Shown: piece after piece, positions 9,936-21,604 of the stretch
How the letters are laid out: each line of letters starts with the position of its first letter
Position numbering within the stretch: the first letter of the stretch is position 1
Assembly: GCA_002189035.1 (NCBI GenBank)
Contig: NEEC01000360.1
Span: 1 to 21,604, forward strand
DNA: 21,604 nucleotides
Source: Utricularia gibba
Taxonomy: Eukaryota > Plantae > Magnoliophyta
Reading direction: 5' to 3'
Program-made: the position numbers and the translations under genes
Notes under the pieces: model-generated
Told to the model about the DNA's origin: nothing
What the model saw: the letters and a program-made list of their open reading frames with translations, nothing else
Database searches by the model: none

Positions 9936-12900
9936 TCGCGGACCAGGATGTGCGACGTAGTCATTTCATTGCGCATCATCATTCGGGGTGCATCCTAAAA
10001 ATCACACGTGCACGGGATTCATTAAAAATAAATATTTACGCATATCCAGAGTGTATAACAGTGTTGGGATAAGTGATGCCACGAAATTCATGATGTAGCA
10101 TGTGACTTTTTTCCAACTTGATCGCATAGTAGATGAATTCTGACACCATATGTTGATGCATTTAGTTGCTATGATACTTCTGATTCTTGATGCACCATTC
10201 CCGTATACCATGTCTCTAGTGGCTATTTGATTCTTTTGCCTTGTATGTTGTTCGCATCAATTTCGAGAACATGAAGCACATTATTAAATGCAGTCACCAC
10301 GGAATGCCACGTGAGACACCTTTCGTTGTGGCCCTTTTTTAATATGTCCACAGTTATCGGACAAACGTAACTCCAAATTATAATACTTGGAGCTCGAAAA
10401 GGGCTTCCCAACAGTGTGCTATGAAGAGCAAGGATCTGCATGTTATGCAAGAGGTGCTTCGCGGACCAGGATGTGCGACGTAGTCATTTCATTGCGCATC
10501 ACCATTCGGGATGCAGCCGAAAAATCACACGTGCACGGATTTGTTAAAAATAAATATTTACGCATATCCTGAGTATACAACAGTGTTGGGATAAGTGATG
10601 CCACGAAATTCATGATGTAACATGTGACTTTTTTCCATCTTGATCGCATATCCGATGAAGTTTGACACCATATGTTTTGGCTTGATTGATTCAATTAGTT
10701 GCTATGATACTTCTGATTCTTGATGCACCATTCCCATACACCATGTCTCTAGTGGCTATTTGATTCTTTTGCCGTGTATCCCATTTGCATCAATGTCGAG
10801 AACGAGAAGCACATTCTTAGACGCAGCCACCAAGAAAGGACACCTAAGACACTTTTCGTTGTGGCTTGTTTTTAATATGTCCACAGTTATCGGACAAACG
10901 TAACTCCAAATTATAATACTTGGAGCTCGAAAAGGGCTTCCCAACAGTGTGCTATGAAGAGCAAGGATCTGCATGTTATGCAAGAGGTGCTTCGCGGACC
11001 AGGATGTGCGACGTAGTCATTTCATTGCGCATCATCATTCGGGGTGCATCCTAAAAATCACACGTGCACGGGATTCATTAAAAATAAATATTTACGCATA
11101 TCCAGAGTGTATAACAGTGTTGGGATAAGTGATGCCACGAAATTCATGATGTAGCATGTGACTTTTTTCCAACTTGATCGCATAGTAGATGAATTCTGAC
11201 ACCATATGTTGATGCATTTAGTTGCTATGATACTTCTGATTCTTGATGCACCATTCCCGTATACCATGTCTCTAGTGGCTATTTGATTCTTTTGCCTTGT
11301 ATGTTGTTCGCATCAATTTCGAGAACATGAAGCACATTATTAAATGCAGTCACCACGGAATGCCACGTGAGACACCTTTCGTTGTGGCCCTTTTTTAATA
11401 TGTCCACAGTTATCGGACAAACGTAACTCCAAATTATAATACTTGGAGCTCGAAAAGGGCTTCCCAACAGTGTGCTATGAAGAGCAAGGATCTGCATGTT
11501 ATGCAAGAGGTGTTTCGCGGACCAGGATGTGCGACGTAGTCATTTCATTGCGCATCACCATTCGGGATGCAGCCGAAAAATCACACGTGCACGGATTTGT
11601 TAAAAATAAATATTTACGCATATCCTGAGTATACAACAGTGTTGGGATAAGTGATGCCACGAAATTCATGATGTAACATGTGACTTTTTTCCATCTTGAT
11701 CGCATATCCGATGAAGTTTGACACCATATGTTTTGGCTGTTGATTGATTCAATTAGTTGCTATGATACTTCTGATTCTTGATGCACCATTCCCATACACC
11801 ATGTCTCTAGTGGCTATTTGATTCTTTTGCCGTGTATCCCATTTGCATCAATGTCGAGAACGAGAAGCACATTCTTAGACGCAGCCACCAAGAAAGGACA
11901 CCTAAGACACTTTTCGTTGTGGCTTGTTTTTAATATGTCCACAGTTATCGGACAAACGTAACTCCAAATTATAATACTTGGAGCTCGAAAAGGGCTTCCC
12001 AACAGTGTGCTATGAAGAGCAAGGATCTGCATGTTATGCAAGAGGTGCTTCGCGGACCAGGATGTGCGACGTAGTCATTTCATTGCGCATCATCATTCGG
12101 GTGCATCCTAAAAATCACACGTGCACGGGATTCATTAAAAATAAATATTTACGCATATCCAGAGTGTATAACAGTGTTGGGATAAGTGATGCCACGAAAT
12201 TCATGATGTAGCATGTGACTTTTTTCCAACTTGATCGCATAGTAGATGAATTCTGACACCATATGTTGATGCATTTAGTTGCTATGATACTTCTGATTCT
12301 TGATGCACCATTCCCGTATACCATGTCTCTAGTGGCTATTTGATTCTTTTGCCTTGTATGTTGTTCGCATCAATTTCGAGAACATGAAGCACATTATTAA
12401 ATGCAGTCACCACGGAATGCCACGTGAGACACCTTTCGTTGTGGCCCTTTTTTAATATGTCCACAGTTATCGGACAAACGTAACTCCAAATTATAATACT
12501 TGGAGCTCGAAAAGGGCTTCCCAACAGTGTGCTATGAAGAGCAAGGATCTGCATGTTATGCAAGAGGTGCTTCGCGGACCAGGATGTGCGACGTAGTCAT
12601 TTCATTGCGCATCACCATTCGGGTGCAGCCGAAAAATCACACGTGCACGGGATTTGTTAAAAATAAATATTTACGCATATCCTGAGTATACAACAGTGTT
12701 GGGATAAGTGATGCCACGAAATTCATGATGTAACATGTGACTTTTTTCCATCTTGATCGCATATCCGATGAAGTTTGACACCATATGTTTTGGCTGTTGA
12801 TTGATTCAATTAGTTGCTATGATACTTCTGATTCTTGATGCACCATTCCCATACACCATGTCTCTAGTGGCTATTTGATTCTTTTGCCGTGTATCCCATT

Positions 12901-15900
12901 TGCATCAATGTCGAGAACGAGAAGCACATTCTTAGACGCAGCCACCAAGAAAGGACACCTAAGACACTTTTCGTTGTGGCTTGTTTTTAATATGTCCACA
13001 GTTATCGGACAAACGTAACTCCAAATTATAATACTTGGAGCTCGAAAAGGGCTTCCCAACAGTGTGCTATGAAGAGCAAGGATCTGCATGTTATGCAAGA
13101 GGTGCTTCGCGGACCAGGATGTGCGACGTAGTCATTTCATTGCGCATCATCATTCGGGGTGCATCCTAAAAATCACACGTGCACGGGATTCATTAAAAAT
13201 AAATATTTACGCATATCCAGAGTGTATAACAGTGTTGGGATAAGTGATGCCACGAAATTCATGATGTAGCATGTGACTTTTTTCCAACTTGATCGCATAG
13301 TAGATGAATTCTGACACCATATGTTGATGCATTTAGTTGCTATGATACTTCTGATTCTTGATGCACCATTCCCGTATACCATGTCTCTAGTGGCTATTTG
13401 ATTCTTTTGCCTTGTATGTTGTTCGCATCAATTTCGAGAACATGAAGCACATTATTAAATGCAGTCACCACGGAATGCCACGTGAGACACCTTTCGTTGT
13501 GGCCCTTTTTTAATATGTCCACAGTTATCGGACAAACGTAACTCCAAATTATAATACTTGGAGCTCGAAAAGGGCTTCCCAACAGTGTGCTATGAAGAGC
13601 AAGGATCTGCATGTTATGCAAGAGGTGCTTCGCGGACCAGGATGTGCGACGTAGTCATTTCATTGCGCATCATCATTCGGGTGCATCCTAAAAATCACAC
13701 GTGCACGGGATTCATTAAAAATAAATATTTACGCATATCCAGAGTGTATAACAGTGTTGGGATAAGTGATGCCACGAAATTCATGATGTAACATGTGACT
13801 TTTTTCCATCTTGATCGCATATCCGATGAAGTTTGACACCATATGTTTTGGCTGTTGATTGATTCAATTAGTTGCTATGATACTTCTGATTCTTGATGCA
13901 CCATTCCCATACACCATGTCTCTAGTGGCTATTTGATTCTTTTGCCGTGTATCCCATTTGCATCAATGTCGAGAACGAGAAGCACATTCTTAGACGCAGC
14001 CACCAAGAAAGGACACCTAAGACACTTTTCGTTGTGGCTTGTTTTTAATATGTCCACAGTTATCGGACAAACGTAACTCCAAATTATAATACTTGGAGCT
14101 CGAAAAGGGCTTCCCAACAGTGTGCTATGAAGAGCAAGGATCTGCATGTTATGCAAGAGGTGCTTCGCGGACCAGGATGTGCGACGTAGTCATTTCATTG
14201 CGCATCATCATTCGGGGTGCATCCTAAAAATCACACGTGCACGGGATTCATTAAAAATAAATATTTACGCATATCCAGAGTGTATAACAGTGTTGGGATA
14301 AGTGATGCCACGAAATTCATGATGTAGCATGTGACTTTTTTCCAACTTGATCGCATAGTAGATGAATTCTGACACCATATGTTGATGCATTTAGTTGCTA
14401 TGATACTTCTGATTCTTGATGCACCATTCCCGTATACCATGTCTCTAGTGGCTATTTGATTCTTTTGCCTTGTATGTTGTTCGCATCAATTTCGAGAACA
14501 TGAAGCACATTATTAAATGCAGTCACCACGGAATGCCACGTGAGACACCTTTCGTTGTGGCCCTTTTTTAATATGTCCACAGTTATCGGACAAACGTAAC
14601 TCCAAATTATAATACTTGGAGCTCGAAAAGGGCTTCCCAACAGTGTGCTATGAAGAGCAAGGATCTGCATGTTATGCAAGAGGTGCTTCGCGGACCAGGA
14701 TGTGCGACGTAGTCATTTCATTGCGCATCACCATTCGGGATGCATCCGAAAAATCACACGTGCACCGGATTTGTTAAAAATAAATATTTACGCATATCCT
14801 GAGTATACAACAGTGTTGGGATAAGTGATGCCACGAAATTCATGATGTAACATGTGACTTTTTTCCATCTTGATCGCATATCCGATGAAGTTTGACACCA
14901 TATGTTTTGGCTGTTGATTGATTCAATTAGTTGCTATGATACTTCTGATTCTTGATGCACCATTCCCATACACCATGTCTCTAGTGGCTATTTGATTCTT
15001 TTGCCGTGTATCCCATTTGCATCAATGTCGAGAACGAGAAGCACATTCTTAGACGCAGCCACCAAGAAAGGACACCTAAGACACTTTTCGTTGTGGCTTG
15101 TTTTTAATATGTCCACAGTTATCGGACAAACGTAACTCCAAATTATAATACTTGGAGCTCGAAAAGGGCTTCCCAACAGTGTGCTATGAAGAGCAAGGAT
15201 CTGCATGTTATGCAAGAGGTGCTTCGCGGACCAGGATGTGCGACGTAGTCATTTCATTGCGCATCATCATTCGGGGTGCATCCTAAAAATCACACGTGCA
15301 CGGGATTCATTAAAAATAAATATTTACGCATATCCAGAGTGTATAACAGTGTTGGGATAAGTGATGCCACGAAATTCATGATGTAGCATGTGACTTTTTT
15401 CCAACTTGATCGCATAGTAGATGAATTCTGACACCATATGTTGATGCATTTAGTTGCTATGATACTTCTGATTCTTGATGCACCATTCCCGTATACCATG
15501 TCTCTAGTGGCTATTTGATTCTTTTGCCTTGTATGTTGTTCGCATCAATTTCGAGAACATGAAGCACATTATTAAATGCAGTCACCACGGAATGCCACGT
15601 GAGACACCTTTCGTTGTGGCCCTTTTTTAATATGTCCACAGTTATCGGACAAACGTAACTCCAAATTATAATACTTGGAGCTCGAAAAGGGCTTCCCAAC
15701 AGTGTGCTATGAAGAGCAAGGATCTGCATGTTATGCAAGAGGTGCTTCGCGGACCAGGATGTGCGACGTAGTCATTTCATTGCGCATCACCATTCGGGAT
15801 GCAGCCGAAAAATCACACGTGCACCGGATTTGTTAAAAATAAATATTTACGCATATCCTGAGTATAAACAGTGTTGGGATAAGTGATGCCACGAAATTCA

Positions 15901-18544
15901 TGATGTAACATGTGACTTTTTTCCATCTTGATCGCATATCCGATGAAGTTTGACACCATATGTTTTGGCTGTTGATTGATTCAATTAGTTGCTATGATAC
16001 TTCTGATTCTTGATGCACCATTCCCATACACCATGTCTCTAGTGGCTATTTGATTCTTTTGCCGTGTATCCCATTTGCATCAATGTCGAGAACGAGAAGC
16101 ACATTCTTAGACGCAGCCACCAAGAAAGGACACCTAAGACACTTTTCGTTGTGGCTTGTTTTTAATATGTCCACAGTTATCGGACAAACGTAACTCCAAA
16201 TTATAATACTTGGAGCTCGAAAAGGGCTTCCCAACAGTGTGCTATGAAGAGCAAGGATCTGCATGTTATGCAAGAGGTGCTTCGCGGACCAGGATGTGCG
16301 ACGTAGTCATTTCATTGCGCATCATCATTCGGGGTGCATCCTAAAAATCACACGTGCACGGGATTCATTAAAAATAAATATTTACGCATATCCAGAGTGT
16401 ATAACAGTGTTGGGATAAGTGATGCCACGAAATTCATGATGTAGCATGTGACTTTTTTCCAACTTGATCGCATAGTAGATGAATTCTGACACCATATGTT
16501 GATGCATTTAGTTGCTATGATACTTCTGATTCTTGATGCACCATTCCCGTATACCATGTCTCTAGTGGCTATTTGATTCTTTTGCCTTGTATGTTGTTCG
16601 CATCAATTTCGAGAACATGAAGCACATTATTAAATGCAGTCACCACGGAATGCCACGTGAGACACCTTTCGTTGTGGCCCTTTTTTAATATGTCCACAGT
16701 TATCGGACAAACGTAACTCCAAATTATAATACTTGGAGCTCGAAAGGGCTTCCCAACAGTGTGCTATGAAGAGCAAGGATCTGCATGTTATGCAAGAGGT
16801 GCTTCGCGGACCAGGATGTGCGACGTAGTCATTTCATTGCGCATCATCATTCGGGTGCATCCTAAAAATCACACGTGCACGGGATTCATTAAAAATAAAT
16901 ATTTACGCATATCCAGAGTGTATAACAGTGTTGGGATAAGTGATGCCACGAAATTCATGATGTAACATGTGACTTTTTTCCATCTTGATCGCATATCCGA
17001 TGAAGTTTGACACCATATGTTTTGGCTGTTGATTGATTCAATTAGTTGCTATGATACTTCTGATTCTTGATGCACCATTCCCATACACCATGTCTCTAGT
17101 GGCTATTTGATTCTTTTGCCGTGTATCCCATTTGCATCAATGTCGAGAACGAGAAGCACATTCTTAGACGCAGCCACCAAGAAAGGACACCTAAGACACT
17201 TTTCGTTGTGGCTTGTTTTTAATATGTCCACAGTTATCGGACAAACGTAACTCCAAATTATAATACTTGGAGCTCGAAAAGGGCTTCCCAACAGTGTGCT
17301 ATGAAGAGCAAGGATCTGCATGTTATGCAAGAGGTGCTTCGCGGACCAGGATGTGCGACGTAGTCATTTCATTGCGCATCATCATTCGGGGTGCATCCTA
17401 AAAATCACACGTGCACGGGATTCATTAAAAATAAATATTTACGCATATCCAGAGTGTATAACAGTGTTGGGATAAGTGATGCCACGAAATTCATGATGTA
17501 GCATGTGACTTTTTTCCAACTTGATCGCATAGTAGATGAATTCTGACACCATATGTTGATGCATTTAGTTGCTATGATACTTCTGATTCTTGATGCACCA
17601 TTCCCGTATACCATGTCTCTAGTGGCTATTTGATTCTTTTGCCTTGTATGTTGTTCGCATCAATTTCGAGAACATGAAGCACATTATTAAATGCAGTCAC
17701 CACGGAATGCCACGTGAGACACCTTTCGTTGTGGCCCTTTTTTAATATGTCCACAGTTATCGGACAAACGTAACTCCAAATTATAATACTTGGAGCTCGA
17801 AAAGGGCTTCCCAACAGTGTGCTATGAAGAGCAAGGATCTGCATGTTATGCAAGAGGTGTTCGCGGACCAGGATGTGCGACGTAGTCATTTCATTGCGCA
17901 TCACCATTCGGGATGCAGCCGAAAAATCACACGTGCACCGGATTTGTTAAAAATAAATATTTACGCATATCCTGAGTATACAACAGTGTTGGGATAAGTG
18001 ATGCCACGAAATTCATGATGTAACATGTGACTTTTTTCCATCTTGATCGCATATCCGATGAAGTTTGACACCATATGTTTTGGCTGTTGATTGATTCAAT
18101 TAGTTGCTATGATACTTCTGATTCTTGATGCACCATTCCCATACACCATGTCTCTAGTGGCTATTTGATTCTTTTGCCGTGTATCCCATTTGCATCAATG
18201 TCGAGAACGAGAAGCACATTCTTAGACGCAGCCACCAAGAAAGGACACCTAAGACACTTTTCGTTGTGGCTTGTTTTTAATATGTCCACAGTTATCGGAC
18301 AAACGTAACTCCAAATTATAATACTTGGAGCTCGAAAAGAGGCTTCCCAACAGTGTGCTATGAAGAGCAAGGATCTGCATGTTATGCAAGAGGTGCTTCG
18401 CGGACCAGGATGTGCGACGTAGTCATTTCATTGCGCATCATCATTCGGGGTGCATCCTAAAAATCACACGTGCACGGGATTCATTAAAAATAAATATTTA
18501 CGCATATCCAGAGTGTATAACAGTGTTGGGATAAGTGATGCCAC

Positions 18545-19376
18545 GAAAATTAGTCATGATACTTCTGATTCTTGCACCATTCCCATACACCATGTCTCTA
18601 GTGGCTATTTGATTCTTTTGCCGTGTATTTTGCATCAATGTCGAGAACGAGAAGCACATTCTTAGACGCAGCCACCAAGAAAGGACACCTAAGACACTTT
18701 TCGTTGTGGCTTGTTTTTAATATGTCCACAGTTATCGGACACGTAACTCCAAATTATAATACTTGGAGCAAAAGGGCTTCCCAACAGTGTGATGAAGAGC
18801 AAGGATCTGCATGTTATGCAAGAGGTGCTTCGCGGATGTGCGAAGTCATTTCATTGCGCATCATCATTCGGGGTGCATCCTAAAAATCACACGTGCACGT
18901 TCATTAAAAATAAATATTTACGCATATCCAAGTGTATAACAGTGTTGGGATAAGTGATGCCACGAAATTCATGATGTAGCATGTGACTTTTTTCCAACTT
19001 GATCGCATAGTAGATGAATTCTGACACCATATGTTGATGCATTTAGTTGCTATGATACTTCTGATTCTTGATGCACCATTCCCGTATACCATGTCTCTAG
19101 TGGCTATTTGATTCTTTTGCCTTGTATGTTGTTCGCATCAATTTCGAGAACATGAAGCACATTATTCACCACGGAATGCACGTGAGACACCTTTCGTTGT
19201 GGCCCTTTTTTACGGAATGCCACGTGAGACACCTTTCGTTGTGGCCCTTTTTTCAATATGTCCACAGTTATCGGACAAACGTAACTCCAAATTATAATAC
19301 TTGGAGCTCGAAAAGGTCGAGAACTTCCCAACAGTGTGCTATGAAGAGCAAGTAACTCCAAATTATAATACTTGGA
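18545..19376. other. Irregular segment: truncated extra A-type monomer (419 bp) followed by a B monomer with internal duplications
   Basis: 18545-18963 lacks about 100 bp of the monomer's left part and has many small deletions. The following B unit has a tandem duplication of about 41 bp (19171-19211 and 19212-19253) and a second copy of GTAACTCCAAATTATAATACTTGGA (19281 and 19352). Confidence 0.8.
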
Positions 19377-21604
19377 TCTGCATGTTATGCAAGAGGTGTT
19401 TCGCGGACCAGGATGTGCGACGTAGTCATTTCATTGCGCATCACCATTCGGGATGCAGCCGAAAAATCACACGTGCACCGGATTGTTAAAAATAAATATT
19501 TACGCATATCCTGAGTATACAACAGTGTTGGGATAAGTGATGCCACGAAATTCATGATGTAACATGTGACTTTTTTCCATCTTGATCGCATATCCGATGA
19601 AGTTTGACACCATATGTTTTGGCTGTTGATTGATTCAATTAGTTGCTATGATACTTCTGATTCTTGATGCACCATTCCCATACACCATGTCTCTAGTGGC
19701 TATTTGATTCTTTTGCCGTGTATCCCATTTGCATCAATGTCGAGAACGAGAAGCACATTCTTAGACGCAGCCACCAAGAAAGGACACCTAAGACACTTTT
19801 CGTTGTGGCTTGTTTTTAATATGTCCACAGTTATCGGACAAACGTAACTCCAAATTATAATACTTGGAGCTCGAAAAGGGCTTCCCAACAGTGTGCTATG
19901 AAGAGCAAGGATCTGCATGTTATGCAAGAGGTGCTTCGCGGACCAGGATGTGCGACGTAGTCATTTCATTGCGCATCATCATTCGGGTGCATCCTAAAAA
20001 TCACACGTGCACGGGATTCATTAAAAATAAATATTTACGCATATCCAGAGTGTATAACAGTGTTGGGATAAGTGATGCCACGAAATTCATGATGTAGCAT
20101 GTGACTTTTTTCCAACTTGATCGCATAGTAGATGAATTCTGACACCATATGTTGATGCATTTAGTTGCTATGATACTTCTGATTCTTGATGCACCATTCC
20201 CGTATACCATGTCTCTAGTGGCTATTTGATTCTTTTGCCTTGTATGTTGTTCGCATCAATTTCGAGAACATGAAGCACATTATTAAATGCAGTCACCACG
20301 GAATGCACGTGAGACACCTTTCGTTGTGGCCCTTTTTTAATATGTCCACAGTTATCGGACAAACGTAACTCCAAATTATAATACTTGGAGCTCGAAAAGG
20401 GCTTCCCAACAGTGTGCTATGAAGAGCAAGGATCTGCATGTTATGCAAGAGGTGTTTCGCGGACCAGGATGTGCGACGTAGTCATTTCATTGCGCATCAC
20501 CATTCGGGATGCATCCGAAAAATCACACGTGCACCGGATTTGTTAAAAATAAATATTTACGCATATCCAGAGTACAACAGTGTTGGGATAAGTGATGCCA
20601 CGAAATTCATGATGTAACATGTGACTTTTTTCCATCTTGATCGCATATCCGATGAAGTTTGACACCATATGTTTTGGCTGTTGATTGATTCAATTAGTTG
20701 CTATGATACTTCTGATTCTTGATGCACCATTCCCATACACCATGTCTCTAGTGGCTATTTGATTCTTTTGCCGTGTATCCCATTTGCATCAATGTCGAGA
20801 ACGAGAAGCACATTCTTAGACGCAGCCACCAAGAAAGGACACCTAAGACACTTTTCGTTGTGGCTTGTTTTTAATATGTCCACAGTTATCGGACAAACGT
20901 AACTCCAAATTATAATACTTGGAGCTCGAAAAGGGCTTCCCAACAGTGTGCTATGAAGAGCAAGGATCTGCATGTTATGCAAGAGGTGCTTCGCGGACCA
21001 GGATGTGCGACGTAGTCATTTCATTGCGCATCATCATTCGGGTGCATCCTAAAAATCACACGTGCACGGGATTCATTAAAAATAAATATTTACGCATATC
21101 CAGAGTGTATAACAGTGTTGGGATAAGTGATGCCACGAAATTCATGATGTAGCATGTGACTTTTTTCCAACTTGATCGCATAGTAGATGAATTCTGACAC
21201 CATATGTTGATGCATTTAGTTGCTATGATACTTCTGATTCTTGATGCACCATTCCCTTATACCATGTCTCTAGTGGCTATTTGATTCTTTTGCCTTGTAT
21301 GTTGTTCGCATCAATTTCGAGAACATGAAGCACATTATTAAATGCAGTCACCACGGAATGCCACGTGAGACACCTTTCGTTGTGGCCCTTTTTTAATATG
21401 TCCACAGTTATCGGACAAACGTAACTCCAAATTATAATACTTGGAGCTCGAAAAGGGCTTCCCAACAGTGTGCTATGAAGAGCAAGGATCTGCATGTTAT
21501 GCAAGAGGTGTTTCGCGGACCAGGATGTGCGACGTAGTCATTTCATTGCGCATCACCATTCGGGATGCAGCCGAAAAATCACACGTGCACCGGATTTGTT
21601 AAAA

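Larger units (their letters stand above)
1..21604. repeat. Tandem repeat array (satellite-like) of about 41 monomers of about 523/536 bp, arranged as an alternating A-B higher-order dimer of about 1059 bp; continues past both window edges
   Basis: The anchor GAAATTCATGATGT recurs at 1, 520, 1039, 1573, 2093, 2629, 3151, 3686, 4195, 4700, 5219, 5756, 6277, 6810, 7333, 7869, 8392, 8928, 10083, 10605, 11139, 11661, 12196, 12718, 13254, 13776, 14312, 14835, 15371, 15893, 16429, 16950, 17486, 18008, 18964, 19547, 20082, 20602 and 21137 (degenerate at 18545 and inside 9386-9935). Spacings alternate about 536 and about 522-523 bp. Identical ORF translations recur every about 1058-1059 bp. Confidence 0.98.

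Noticed and set aside
353-21504. The about 70 short ORFs in the six-frame track as independent protein-coding genes
   Set aside because: They are the same four or five frames recurring in each monomer, mostly with non-ATG starts, overlapping on both strands and changing with 1-bp indels. None resembles a family I recognise, so none is annotated as CDS.
1-21604. CRISPR array or repeat-spacer system
   Set aside because: The period is over 500 bp, the variable parts are homologous to each other and come in only two versions, and there are no unique spacers or cas genes.

Overview
The whole 21.6-kb window is one head-to-tail tandem array with no unique flanking sequence. It has about 41 monomers (about 41% GC by hand count) alternating between two types: A (about 536 bp) and B (about 523 bp). 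Together they form a higher-order dimer of about 1059 bp, repeated about 20 times. A and B are about 92% identical (about 43 substitutions plus a net 13-bp indel), but the differences are unevenly spread: a 95-bp block holds 23 substitutions and sits directly beside a 166-bp invariant block. The short ORFs in the track are the same few frames recurring in each unit, and none matches a protein I recognise. The most interesting signal is a possible cryptic minus-strand reading frame (ATG to TAG, 525 nt, then an 11-nt spacer, together exactly one A-length period). It is interrupted by three TGA codons and one TAA. The TAA lies in a 45-nt GT..AG intron-like segment, and A and B show a TGG/TGA exchange. 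Outside the hypervariable block, A/B substitutions avoid codon position 2. This suggests a gene-derived satellite or tandem gene/pseudogene array, possibly with TGA read as Trp, but the strand and frame are not uniquely resolved. Four stretches (about 1-250, 3686-5218, 9386-9935 and 18545-19376) look like long-read consensus or polishing artefacts. I found no supportable rRNA, tRNA, CRISPR array or transposase.
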